Below are positions 27,611 through 41,576 of a stretch of DNA of 64,000 bases, piece by piece. The DNA comes from the human T2T-CHM13v2.0 reference genome, Homo sapiens. Each line of letters starts with the position of its first letter. Positions within the stretch are counted from its first letter, which is position 1. The translations under genes and the position numbers were made by a program. A model generated the notes under the pieces. The model saw only the letters and a program-made list of their open reading frames with translations, was not told where the DNA came from and searched no databases. The DNA lies in the NCBI RefSeq assembly GCF_009914755.1, contig NC_060941.1; one strand, written 5' to 3'.

Positions 27611-29679
27611 GAACCGCTATGTGTGTCTACACTAAATGGGGGAAATGATAATTCTCTTATTTGCAATTTATCTGGGTTGATAATGATCCATGTTTAATTT
27701 TTTGCATTGTATTGTGAGTCCCTGATCTTCTTGTTTTCTTGTCCTACAAGGTATAGTCTTCTTTGAAAAAAATTATTATTACCAAACTTCTATAATAACT
27801 CTCACTTTCCGTATGTGTATATATCTGGCCCTCAAAATAATTTGTGGCAATTGGTGAGTTATACAATTGACAATTATTTGTTTAAATCAAAGGAGACACA
27901 ATAAATACAGGAAACAATCTTCAGAAGTCAATTTAAAAGTCTCTAGGAATAAATAAATTACACAGTATCACAGGACACATACAAAAGAAACTTTCAAACA
28001 CCAGCTACAAACACCAGCTAAGTGGAGATGTTACATGCATTGCAATTCCAATGTATAGTGCAGCTGTTTTTATGAAGTTGATGTTCACAAAGTTAAAAAT
28101 AATTGCCAGAATTAATCACTGAAAGGCTAATAACCTTTAAGAAATATGTAATGAATTGTTTTGCACACATTTTTATTTTTAGTTTAAATAACTTTTTTTT
28201 TATATTCTTCAGTTTACGCCTATTAAATTCAGGGCAGACAATATATTAGCTGAACCCTTAACATTCTTAGGTTGAGACTTATAATTCTTATAGCTGTATG
28301 CAGCTCAGCAGGGCTTCATTAATACACTGGTATTTAAGTCATTAGGTTTATTCTACTGTGTGTAAATAGGCAGCGGAACAGTTACCTTGGGTAACATTTA
28401 AGTGCAATAAATAACTCTACATCTATTTAATCTGCCTAATCGGTGTTTTTCAAAGGAATGGCAGCGTAAAACACTTTTATGTGGCAGTCTCTCACAAGAC
28501 ACCCCAAACAACAAAATTAACAAGAAAAAAAAAACAAAAAACCTTGCCCAGTGAAATGAAAAGATGAACACAGCTGTGACAGTGACAGTGATGAGTATCT
28601 GCCAGACACAAAGAAAGAAGGATCATTCTGCAGAAGGCCATTAAAAGCAAGTTATATCTTGATCTCAAGCAAGGTCGCTGATTTTTTTTGCTTCCTAAAA
28701 GCCATAAAATCAAACGCCCAACCTATGACCATTTTCTTAGCAAATCAAAATGTAGAGGTACTAGCTGACTAAGGGAAAAATCACATATTCACTTAATTCT
28801 AGAGCCCCATTTCCAGCCACAGAGTATCACAAAAGCAGGGAGAAAGGGCACCCGAGCCCATTTCCCAAGACTTAACATTCTAACTCAGAGGAAGGTCTTA
28901 AGGGAGGTAGCGGAGGATAAGCAGAAAGTCAGCGATTCTCTTTGCAGTTCTCAAAATCAGACTAATGAAAATAAAACTAACAATAAAGTACTTATGGAGC
29001 ACAGAACTTGTGATAGACCAGAGAGAGAAGATCAGAAAAACTAAGGTCATGCTCCCAGAGCAGAGAGAAGACAAAGATTATTTGAGAAAATGATCTGAGT
29101 AGGAAACCTTTTGTGGGAGAGGGCAAACTGACACTACCACAAAGCCTGATATTAACTAGGTGCTCAGTAAATATTCCTTGAATGATTGACAGAAGGGAAG
29201 AAAAAAGGAGGGAAGGAGGAGGGAGAGCAGGCAGTGACAAGCAAGTGGCTGTCCATCATTTACCCTTCCTTTTTACCGTGTTTACACTCTTGCCACATAT
29301 AGATGCAGTCTGTTCCTTTTTTGGTTTTTCTACCAAACATCTAGAGTCCATGTGATATTCTGGGTGTATCTACATCTGGGCCAGAATAGTACATTGTGTT
29401 CTATCTTTAACTCACAGGACATACAGCAATAGTCTAAGTCTCCTGAAAAGCCCTAGAATAGTCAACAGATATAATTTCTCTTTCACACTTTTTTGAGCAA
29501 TCATTAAAAATAACCGAAGCAAATCTAATTTCAGTGAAGGGGCTATCTTTGGATGCCATGAGAATGTGATAGGAGAATATGTATTTACATTTTAATTAGT
29601 GTCAAAATAAATATTTTTATTGGTGTCAAAGTTAGAAACACTTTAACTTTTAAACCCATGCATTCTAAAAGTGACATAG

Positions 29680-29840
29680 AGCTTACTAATACTTTATAGC
29701 GTTTCCTAAACTTCGTTTGGCTTAGTTTTCTCATGTGTAAAATGGTGATAATAGCATCCGCCACGCAGGGCTGGTATGTGGATACAAAGAAAAAATTTAT
29801 ACAAAGCATCTAATACAATGCTTGCTACATTGTAGGGGTT
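29680..29840 (+). mobile_element. MIR SINE
   Basis: cttagttttctcatgtgtaaaatggtgataatagc. Confidence 0.7.
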
Positions 29841-30248
29841 CTAATTTCTCCCATTTTAGACAACCCTAATTTATTAATATTTTCTGTGTCTGTCTTTCCC
29901 AGAATACAATGGAAGAGTATTTTTTAAACCACATTAAAGAAATTTGAAATCTACAAAATTTAGAAAGTAAAATCTAACATTTCTAAAATGTTTGAAATAA
30001 TTCATTAAACGTCAAAACATAATACCGAAAAAGGAAGGGTCATCTATCTAGGTTGAAGTTTGAGGTTCCAGTTTGTTTTTTTATAGTTTTACCATAATTC
30101 GAACTTGAACTTTTTTTTCTCTGATGGAGAAATTCTCTGCAAACCTCCCCTGGACACAGAGACAATGCTGTAAGCAGTGAAGCCAGCTTCAAGATACCTG
30201 TACTTCAAAATGAAACAGTCTGCAACTTGCTTGTCAGTGGTTCATGGA

Positions 30249-30425
30249 ACAGTTCTCAACCAGGACGTTACCATTCTCCAGGAAGTGTTTGGGGATATGT
30301 GAAGATGTTTTTGGAAGCCACAACCATGGAAGGTATTTCTAATATTTATTGCCAGGGAGCCAGGGATGGTATACTCCTGCATCCATTGCCATGGAGCCTG
30401 TAAATGGAAAAGCATCCCATCCAAT
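30249..30425 (+). mobile_element. MER20B-like hAT fragment
   Basis: cagttctcaaccagg...tttttggaagccacaa...ggagccagggatg. Confidence 0.5.
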
Positions 30426-32208
30426 TCGCACACCCATGCATTCAAAAATATTACTATACTCACATATGCCTATGCATATGTGTAGTCATATTTTTAAATA
30501 TTTATATATGTGTGCAAAACAAAAACAATATCTATTTCAAGATGTTAATATAAATAAACATGCAGAATGATTGATGCCCTTCTTAACAGCTGAGGGTCTT
30601 AGGAATTAATCTTGTCTTGCTGAACGTTGATTCTCAAATAAATTGTTCTGCAAAAATGCATCACCTTAGGAGTAGTATGACATGCCCTGCCATGCCAACT
30701 CCTATTAAATATTTAGACTGGCAAAAAATATCTAAGAGTCATGTAATTTGCTTTTTTTTTTTTTTTTAACAACAACAAAAGAAAACCCTCAAGTTTTAAA
30801 ATTCTCTCTCGAAGAAGCCATTGTCAGAGGCCACTTTGGGTTGGGTAGGTAGTAAATCTGTGTGTGAGCCTACATGCCATGCATCTTCTTTAGGAATGGA
30901 TGCTTTTTAAGGAAAGATTTTTGTAGGTGGTTCTTTTTTGTTCTGACATTGCATTTATATTCGGCTCCACCCCCACGGTCTTTCATTTAGTGGCACTTGC
31001 AGAAAGCCAACTCCTAAAAAGATGTATTTTTCCTTGTCCTGTACTGGGGTGGAAACTCTTCTTATTTATATACACTGTCATAAACAGATGCTATAGAAAC
31101 ATAAACTCTTTTTTTTTTTTTTTTTTTGGTAGCACCTTGTCTTTTTTCCTAACCTCATGCAGACATGAAGGAAACTATATCCTGGGAAAATGGAAGATGG
31201 CAACACATTAGTGAAAATGTCATTGGAAAGGTGCACTGCCCCAGAGCTATGTTGCTGAAATTTCTAAGCCTTTCTTTAATAGCCTTCTTGGGTCCCTAAG
31301 CAGGGAGGTTTTGGATGAATTCTCCCCAGCCGTGGTATGCCATTGTCTGATTCTTCCAGCCAAAATTTACAACAACAAATAAAAAACAGTGGATCCTTAC
31401 GAGAAATTTTTTCCTGGGAAAGCCATATATTGTGGAAAGGGGGAAGAAATTGTAACGTGGACCAAACTCTTTCAGGTCATTCAGAGTATCTATTGTAGCA
31501 ACTGAAAAGCTCCAAACCAGTCAAAAAGGTGTTTTCAGGTCAGACATACATTATCAAACATTCGCCTACATATTATTAGTTTATTTATGAGAAACAAATA
31601 TAAAGATGCTTGCATGTATTTCTAGCAGTATCCATATAATTGAATGCTTTACTTTTTAGCAAAAGGACTGTCTTTAAATTGAGTATGAGCCTACCTTCCC
31701 CAGAGTCAAATTCTTTATTAGACATATCACAGTATTTTCATACTCATATTCTAAGGCAGATATGGAGTTCCCGAGATCACAGAATGTCAGAATTTACTCA
31801 AACATCTGCCCATGCCCCTGGGCGAAGTTACATCAACGATCAGAAATTATGTTCCATGTTTCTTTCTCTTTCTGTTCTACCCTGTTTTCATATTCAGTTA
31901 CACTTCCTGGTTCTATTGAATACTGGAAGTGCCAAAATGTGGCAAGAAAGACAAGTTCTAGCCTTACCAGAAACAAGAAGTATTTAGAGGTAAGACTCGT
32001 ATTGTGAAATTTCTAATCCAGTTGCACAAATTTAAAAGTTTCTAATTTAAACTTCCCCTACATAATCTCATGTGGGAAAAACCTGTGCTTTTGATGTAAT
32101 TTAATGAAGAGAGGTTAACTGGAAAGAGGCATTAGGAAAAACATGGAGGACCCACCCAAGGGTAACTGGGGGTACCTCAGGGGCCTGCCATCTCCTGCTT
32201 TGTTCTAG

Positions 32209-32570
<362 letters not shown>

Positions 32571-32768
32571 TCATGTGACTTATTTCTCAAATGTTAAATG
32601 AAGTATAATATCTATTTTTATAAACAAATATTTATAGGTATATCAACTTTTTCCCTCAGATTATACATATCATTTTAAAACTATGGTATTCCAAAACCTA
32701 CAGAAGTCATGGGCTTACCACAGTTTCCAATTTGGTAGCAAACGAGACTCTTTGAACTGTGAGCATAA

Positions 32769-33078
<310 letters not shown>

Positions 33079-33924
33079 CTATAAGGGTTTATTTATTGCA
33101 ATAAAAAATGAACGTGTCATATTTTGCCTGTAAAGAAGTTTGCATTAAAGAAAGAGGAAGTATCATCTTCCAGCAGTGAAGTATTAAGATTTAAAGCAAT
33201 ATTACTACTTTTCACCTTCTTATCCAAACCAAACCAGATCCAGATCCTGTGAATTAAAATGACCAGAATATTAGCACCCTTAATTATAGCAATCTGTTCC
33301 TCTCTTTTTGTTTTCCATGGATTCTGTCCAACCCAGGAATATTATGTTTGCATTATTGCTATAGAATTTGCATCAAAGGCATGGCTTGATTTTTCTTTTT
33401 TATGTTCTCTGGAAATCTCAAGCCCCAATGACTAAAATCCTGAAAGGTTTTAAGTTTTTCCGCTAGTTAATACAGTAAGAAATTAGTTGCATCTACATAT
33501 TTAGATTATTGTAGGAAGTCATACACAATTTTCACTTTGCAAAACATGATTGTGTAGACAGAACCTCATGTTCCAAGTAACTGTTTGTCGTTAGGTAGCT
33601 AGTATCATCTGTTCATCTAGCACTCTTGGCCTTTTTTACTCTTTAAACACAGAGCTTCCAAGAAGAGTTATAGGGCAGAGCTACAATGCAGTTATTTATT
33701 CCAGCCCTCTCACAAGACAACTATATTTAGGATATGATTTCACCAGTCTTAGACTCTGTACTTTGTAGTCTGGTACATAAACACAATTCAAATGTCCTCA
33801 CAATTCTTCATATGAGCAAAAAGAGAAAACAGATCTGAGTTAGTTCTATAATTAAAATTATTAAAATATAATATCAGATACAATATATTATGTGTGAGTG
33901 TGTGTTTGTGTGAGATTCTTCTAA

Positions 33925-34060
33925 AAATATAGCAAAATGTTGACAGTGCTAATCTCTGGAAAAAGGGGTCATGAATAATTCTATGCTCTTCATTAAAACT
34001 GTATGTATTTTACAGATTTTATAATGATTCACATGCTACCATTATTGGAAATAAATAAAG
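33925..34060 (+). mobile_element. L1ME/L1MC 3' end fragment
   Basis: aaaatgttgacagtgctaatctctgg...tgtatgtattttacagatttt...aataaataaa. Confidence 0.5.
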
Positions 34061-34474
34061 ACTTAGGGTGTCCTCAGTGATATGCAATTAACATTTATTC
34101 TCTGTCTGAAACTCTCAATTTTGTAATCAGAGCACTAAATGATTTATTAAAGCTGTGGACTGCTTTTCAACCAACAGAAGCATAGTAATATACGATATAT
34201 AGCAAGGAAGGAAGACAAAGCCACAGTGCAATTAGGCAAAGGCAAAGAGGTAGTTACAAATATGGGACATATTTTAAGAAGAGCTGAAGCCACTGAGCAA
34301 AATTTGTTCTTGTCTAGGGAAATGATGTTAATCTACAGTTAGTCTTTTAAGGGTGGTACCTGAAAGTATGAACATGACTTTGAAGATGAATTCCTGTTTT
34401 AATGAAAAACCTGGGAGTCTACAGAAGAAGACTGCAGTGGTTTGTGGAGACTCCCAGATTGTCTATTAAAACTG

Positions 34475-35130
34475 TAATTCATTCTTAATTCTTCCTTCTG
34501 CCTCGACACCCAGTCATTACATTTTATCAGCTTCACGTCCAAATCATCTCAAGAATCTTCACTGCCTTCACTCCCACTGTCACTGTCTGAATAGAGACTC
34601 TCATATCTCACCTTAGCCACTTCCTCCAGGTTCTTTCTGCCTCCTGCCCTGCTCCAACCAGCACATTTTCCCCCTGTGGCTGCCAGCTTTATTTTCTTTA
34701 ACATAAATCTGCTGCTGCCACTCTCCTACTTAACAAAACCTTCAGCGTCTGCTCATCACCACATAATAAATCCCAAAAGTTATCACTAATCCACCTTCAC
34801 TCACCTCCGTTCTGTTTGTGCTCCAACATTTTTTCTATTTCTTCAACTATAATGGGTGCTTTCATGTGTCCCTGCATTTGTATATGTTGATTGTTCTGAC
34901 TGAAGGCCCCTCCCTTACCTTTCATTCATGCTGGGAAATTCATGCTAGCTCTACTGAAATCATTTTCCTTACTTCCTTGAGTAGAATGAATTGGCTCTTC
35001 ATTTGCACCCCCACAGAACATTTTCTAAATTTAAAAAATAGCACTATTTGAAAACTGAGAAATGGCGCCCGATATTCAGGATACACAGCAATGCCTGGAA
35101 CAGTTACGATGAGTAATTGTTTAAATTTAA
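34475..35130 (+). mobile_element. L2 LINE 3' region
   Basis: Pyrimidine-rich L2 motifs (ccactgtcact...tctcacctt...ataaatctg...ataaatcccaaa) ending cacagcaatgcctggaacag. Confidence 0.65.
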
Positions 35131-35139
35131 CAAACACTG

Positions 35140-35370
35140 ATATAGTACTTATATTCAAGGTTCTGTTGTAAGTGTTTTACAAAGATCAACTCATTTAATC
35201 TTCATGGAAACTCATGAAATAAGTACTATTAGTATTCCCACCTAATAGAGGAAGAAAACTTAGTTGTAGAGAGTTTCAGTAACTTGCTTAAGGTTTCACA
35301 CAGGCCAGGACTTGAAGCTAGACAGCGCAGCTCTTGAATCCATGGCCTTGCCAACTTCAGCACTCTGCTA
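35140..35370 (-). mobile_element. MIR SINE
   Basis: aactcatttaatcttca...gaagaaaactt...agtaacttgcttaaggtttcacac. Confidence 0.75.
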
Positions 35371-37146
35371 TGCCCCTGAAATAAATGACAGTCATCAGGG
35401 CACACGCATCAGTAGAATTTCAGACTAATGAAAATGCTTCAAAGGAGTTAGTAGGATATCAGCCTTCTAAGGTTTATTCTTCATTAAACCATATAGCCAC
35501 AGAATGTGGTAACCAGAAGTTTCCTTTGAACCACAATGCTTGATTCAGGCAGCTGCTCAGAGTCACACAGCTTTACAATCTCTTCATTCACATAGTGCAA
35601 AAACCAGAACACCCTGTTCTCATTGAACCTAGTCTCTCCCAACGTGGAGGAGATAGCCAGTTCTCATTAAGCTTTATGAAGCTACAAGCTAAATGGAACT
35701 CAGGTTGCTTGGAGACCAGGTGTCCTTATATCTTTCGGTTGCCCAGGGTATTTCCTGGGGCAGAGCTCAAGAGTTGAAAGTCCACAGCTTGGGGGGTAAC
35801 GTTTTTCTTTCTGAACAAATTGGCTTTGATGTGGCTAAATCGGTTCCAAATATTGAGGTTACACACAAGCCATGGTCTTTGGGGATGTGTTTATTCTCTG
35901 ATGGAATAGCAGCACTTCATAGTTAAGCACCTTGGTGCTTAACTTAGCTTAATGGTTAAGAGATTTGGACTGTATGTAATAATATAGTTCAGAATTTAGA
36001 TTATTATTCCTTTGATAAATACTAAGTTTAATGAAAAAAAATCATTGTTTTACAAATCTAGACTAATCATGCACTTAATGTATTAGCTGTTTTATTTTCT
36101 TCAGATTACACAAGTGTTATACAGTGCATTCATTATATGCTATTTAAACATTACAGAAAAACCTAGCATGGACTAGAAAAGTCCTCTATAAACAGCTTCT
36201 AAAAACTGTAACCTAAAAGTGTGGTGTATGACTCTGATTTTGAATCTATATACACATAAATATTATCATAAAATTATTAATAATAATGTTTAAAAAATTA
36301 GATTGTACTTTAATATCATTTTAAACTTTGCATTTTAACTGAGCAGTAATTATTGAGTGCAAAAACTACTTAGGAAGTATAATATCACCTCATTTCCCTT
36401 GTATGTGGGAATCTGATAATTTAACATTGCCTAATTTCATATCTCTGCAATGTTCTGTATTCTAATAAATTAAAACAATTTTTGACATAAATTACCCCCT
36501 TAAATAGCAGAAATTAAAGTTTCTTCACACTTCTTTTACATCATTCTTGGAATTTTCCTGACTACTAAATTGACATAATAAGTTATCCAAGAACTTTGCT
36601 ATTTCTCTTTATTTTAAACACATGCGCAAACCTATCGATCAAACTTTATCCACATTACCTACTTACTTATATGCATTTCAACACCTCACCATTCTGGGAG
36701 CTCTTGTTCCTAACATTAAAAGAAAAAAATCTCTCCCTCCCTGCAAACAAACAACAAATTTTTATGTAATTTCCCATTAAACTTTCATGGCAAACAAATT
36801 TAATAATTTACGTTTAAAGAGAAAAAATGACCATGCACAAAGAGACTGGAAAAGAAACACTTCTACAGCTAGGACAACAATGACCAGATTTGACAACTGA
36901 TTACTCCCTTCTCAGGCTCTTGGCCATGCTCCACAGTTATTTTTAAACACTTTAGAACACCTGGGAAAATTGTTTCTGTACAGGGTAATTCTCTTGTACA
37001 GGGTAACATCTCCAAGAGGTGCAGCAAAAAATTAAAATACCGTCAGAAAAAAACTGAACAGAATAATGAAGGGATCATGTCAATGGAAGGATATTTAAAG
37101 AATGTAGACATATCTAGAAAACATAAGAGAATAGTAAAATAGAAAG

Positions 37147-37230
37147 CCTCTCCTCTCCCTCTTCTTCCCTTCCTGCTTCTCTTCTTCTCTCTCTTTATTC
37201 CTTTTCTTTCTCTCCTCCTCTCTCTCACTG

Positions 37231-37262
<32 letters not shown>

Positions 37263-37297
37263 CCCATTTGCCTCTGACACACTCTCTCTCTCTCTTT
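37147..37297 (+). repeat. CT-rich/(TC)n microsatellite
   Basis: Direct reading. Confidence 0.9.
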
Positions 37298-37485
37298 GTA
37301 TTTAAGTTTGAGGATATCCTAGAGCAGAACCAAAACAAAAAAGTTGCACCAGGGGCATGTTAATAACCAAATGCACCATGTACAAGATTGGTTTTATTTA
37401 TTTATATAAACCCTGAGGCACTACATTAAAATTAATGGGAGAAAAATTCAAGGAACCGGATTTCCGTATAAGAAAATTTATTTCC

Positions 37486-37781
37486 GGCTGGGCTCGGTGG
37501 CTCACGACTGTAATCGCAGCACTTTGGGAGGCTGAGGTGGGTGGATCAAGAGGTCAGGAGTTCGAGACCAGCCTGGCCAACATGGTGAAACCTCGTCTCT
37601 ACTAAAAATACAAAAATTAGCCAGGCGTGGTGGCAGGCACCTGTAATCCCAGCTACTAGGGAGGCTGAGGCAAAGAACTGCTTGAACTCGGTGGGCGGAG
37701 GTTGCAGTGAGCTGAGATCACGCCACTGGACTCCAGCCTAGGCGATAGAGCAAGACTCTGTCTCAAAAAAAAAAAAAAAAG
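37486..37781 (+). mobile_element. AluS (Sg-like)
   Basis: Full dimer; TSD aagaaaatttattt(c/g)c at 37470 and 37782. Confidence 0.95.
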
Positions 37782-37869
37782 AAGAAAATTTATTTGCTGT
37801 CAGAGATGTACATAAATCAATTGCACTGAATAGTAGTGGTTATGGCAATATTATAAATAAAATTAAAAA

Positions 37870-38080
37870 TAATGATTAATATTTATTGATCCTTGTCAAA
37901 TATATTACATGTATTTTCACATTTAATCCTTAGAATAACGGCATGAATTAGCTACTTTTATTATCGTCATTTTACAGTAATTTACATTTTACATTAATAA
38001 CTGAATACACCATATGATATTAAAGCTTTTTAAATTTCTTACAGGTGAAAAGGTTGAATGTAGGAATTCGACTACAGACA
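37870..38080 (-). mobile_element. MIR SINE (degenerate)
   Basis: tcacatttaatcctt...ttattatcgtcattttacag. Confidence 0.6.
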
Positions 38081-38743
38081 GACACTAGTTAAGTATTGTA
38101 GGGATATATAGCATACTAGAGACTGAGCTCATAAGTACTTTGCTACACTGAATGGTTATGAATCATTTATTTCTGAATTTGCCATTGTATCATCTAGACA
38201 AATATTTAATAATCTCTCTAGCAAATGCTAAAAGCCATTGTGATAATGAAAATGTAGCAAGATTCAGGCAACTGGTAAATTGTAGTAGAGTTCATTGGTT
38301 TCTTGTTTTATGACCAGTCAAATACAAATGTCACAATTTCTGGGTTGCCAATTTTGGAAGCCTTCTTCAAACGCCTTTATAATTATTATAATTATACACT
38401 TCCCACTGGCCCCCCCACCACCCACATTTATTCCAGGCAATGTCTGTTTCCCACTCATGGTACACAAGCACAGCTTAAAAAGCAATGGACTTTGGAAGGC
38501 TCCATCAGCTTTGCAGGCCCAAAATAGTACATGAAACCTTTGCTTGCCCTAAGGATTCCCTCTTTAAAAGTCTTTCTTCACATAGTGACAGTGAAAGCTC
38601 CAGCTCATCTTTGATCTTGCTGTATTCTATTAATTTGAAGTAAGGAAAGACAAAGATTCATAAAGTGCAGCAGCTGTGGTGACCTGAATCACTACTTTAA
38701 ATTCACTTGAGGACTCAATGTATAGAATTCTCAAAACAGTTTG

Positions 38744-41297
38744 TGATACGGTTTGGCTGCATCTCCACCCAAATCTCATCTTGAATTGTAGCTCCCATAA
38801 TGCCCGCGTGTCCTCAGAGCAACCTGGTGGGAGGTAATTGAATCTTGGGGACAGGTTTTTTCCATGCCGTTCTACTGATAGTGAATAAGTCTCATAAGGT
38901 CTGAGGGCTTTATAAAGGACAGTTCCTCTGTACACACTCTCTTGCCTGCTGCAATGTAAGAAGTGCCTTTGCTCCTCCTTCGCCTTCAGCCATGATTGTG
39001 AGGCCTCCTCAGCCATGTGGAACTGTGAGTCCATTAAACCCAGTTTTCTTTATAAATTACCCACTCTTGGGTATTTTTTTTTTTTAAGATGGAGTCTCAC
39101 TCTGTCACCCAGGCTAGAGTGCAGTGGTGCAATCTCGGCTCACTGCAAGCTCCGCCTTCCGCCTCCCGGGTTCATGCCATTCTCCTGCCTCAGCCGTCCG
39201 AGTAGCTGGGACTACAGGCACCCACCACCACACCCGGCTAATTTTTTGTATTTTTAGTAGAGATGGGGTTTCACCGTGTTAGCCAGGATGGTCTCGATCT
39301 CCTGACCTCAGGATCCACCTGCCTCGGCCTCCCAAAGTCCTGGAATTACAGGCGTGAGCCACCGTGCCCGGTCACTCTTGGGTATTTCTTCATAGCAGTA
39401 TGAAAGTGGACTAATACAGTAAATTGGTAACAGTAGGGTGGGGTGCTGCTGTAAAGACACCCAAAAATATGGAAGCAACTTTGGAACTGAGTAACAGGTA
39501 GAGATTGGAACAGTTTGGAGGGCTCAGAGGAAGATAGGAAAATGTGGGAAAGTTTGGAACTTCTTAGAGGCTTGTTGAATGGCTTTGATCAAAATGCTGA
39601 TAGTGATATGGACAATAAATTCCAGGCTGAGGCGGTCTCAGATGGAGATGAGGAGCTTCTTGGGGATGGAAGTAAAGGTCGCTTTTGCTGTGCAAAGAGA
39701 CTGGTGACCTTTTGTCCCACCCTAAAGATCTGTGGAACTTTGAACTTGAGAGAGATGATTTAGGGTGTCTATTGAAAGAAAGTTCTAAGCAGCAGTGTTC
39801 AAGAGGAAGCAGCATAAAAGTTTGGAAAATTTGCAGCCTGATTATGCAGTAGAAAAGAAAAAAAACATTTTTGAGGAGAAATTCAAGGCAGCAGCAGAAA
39901 CTTGCATAAACCAGGATCTAAAAGCTAATCACTAAGACAATGAGGAAAATGTCTCCAGGGCATGTCCAGCAGCCCCTCCTATCACAGGCCCAAAGGCGTA
40001 GGAGGCAAAAATGGTTTCCTGGGCTGAGTCCAGGGCCTTGCTGCTTTGTGCAGTCTCAGGACTTGGTGCCCTGCATCCCAGCAGCTCCAGCCATGGCTAA
40101 AAGGGGCCAAGGTACAGCACAGGCCATTGGCTTCAGGAAGGGCAAGCCCTAAGCCTTGACAGCTTACATGTGGCATGGAACCTACAGGTGCACAGAAGTC
40201 AAGAATTGAGGTTTGGGAACCTCTGCCTAGATTTCAGAGGATGTATAGAAATGCCTGGATGTCCAGGCAGAGGAGTGCTGCAGGGGCAGAGCCCTCATAG
40301 AGAATCTCCTGCTAGGGTAGTGCAGAAGGAAAATGTGTGATGGGAGCACACAGAGTCCCCACTGGAGTACTGCCTAGTGGAGCTGTGGGAAGATGGCCAC
40401 CATCCTCCAGAAACCCCAGAATGGTAGATCCACTGAGAGCTTGTACTATGCACCTGGAAAAGTGGCAGACACTCAACATCAGCCTATGAAAGCAGCCGGG
40501 AGGGAGGCTGTACCCGCAAAGCCACAGGGGCGGAGCTTCCCAAGGCTGTGGGAGCCCACCTCTCGCATCGGTGTGACCTGGATGTGAGACATGGAGTCAA
40601 AGGAGATCATTTCTGATCTTTAAGATTTGGCTGCCTGCTGGACTTTGGACTTGCATGAGGCCTGTAGCCCCTTTGTTTTGGCCAATTTCTTCCATTTGGA
40701 ATGGGTGTATTTATCCAATGCCTGTATCCCCATTTTATCTAGGAAGTAACTAACTTGTTTTTGAGTTTACAGGCTCATAGGTGGAAGAGACTTGCCTTGT
40801 CTCAGATCCGACTTTGGACTTGGACTTTTGAGTTAAGGCGGAAATGAGTTAAGACTTTGGGGGACGGTTGGGAAGGCATGATTGGTTTTGAAATGTGAAG
40901 ACATGAGAATTGAGAGGGGCCAGAGGTTGAATGATATGTTTTGGCTGTGTCCTCACCCAAATCTCAACTTGACTTTTAGCGCCCATAATCCCCACGTGTC
41001 ATGGGAGGGTCCTGGTGGGAGGTAATTGAATCATTGAGAGGTGGGTTTTTCCTGTGCCATCCTCATGACAGTGAATAAGTCTCACAAGATCTGATGGTTT
41101 AATAAAGCGCAGTTCCCCTGCACAGGCTCTCTTGCTTGCTGTCATATAAGACATGCCTTTACTCCTCCTTCACCCTCAGCCATGATTGTGAGGACTCCCC
41201 AGCCATGTGGTACTGTGAGTCCACTAAACCTCTTTTTCTTTATGAAGTACCTGATCTTGCATATTTCGTCATAGCGGTATGAAAATGGACTAATATA
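38744..41297 (+). mobile_element. Full-length THE1C MaLR element (5'LTR 38744-39418, internal 39419-40931, 3'LTR 40932-41297)
   Basis: Two direct LTRs (tgata.g.tttggctg...ggactaata.a), THE1-int start gtaaattggta, polypurine tract before the 3'LTR, and 5-bp TSD GTTTG at 38739-38743 and 41298-41302. Confidence 0.93.
39077..39373 (-). mobile_element. AluY nested in the THE1C 5'LTR
   Basis: TSD actcttgggtattt at 39063 and 39374; internal 7-bp duplication (tccgcct x2). Confidence 0.95.
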
Positions 41298-41453
41298 GTT
41301 TGTTATCAAGATGAATTAATAAATTATAACATTTTATAATTAAAATAAGAAATGTAATAAGTGTTACATAATATCAAGGTTTCCATGAATGTAGTGGCTT
41401 CTCAGCATGTGAAATATATTTATCTTCAGATATTTATATTGGGATGCTATTGG

Positions 41454-41576
41454 GAGGATTTATTAAAATCAACAAATTAACCAAAAATGATACTTGAGTT
41501 CCTCCCATATGTAAATGACTTATTTATTCATTGTTTTAACTCTAACTTAAACTGAAATCCAGTTTCCGGTTTGTAA
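41454..41576 (+). repeat. Dispersed direct repeat, copy 1 (pair at 42729-42855)
   Basis: gaggatttattaaaatcaacaaattaacc...cagtttccggtttgtaa. Confidence 0.92.

Noticed and set aside
39515-40587. Several ORFs in the THE1 internal region
   Set aside because: Fragmented remnants of the MaLR internal ORF with stops and frameshifts.
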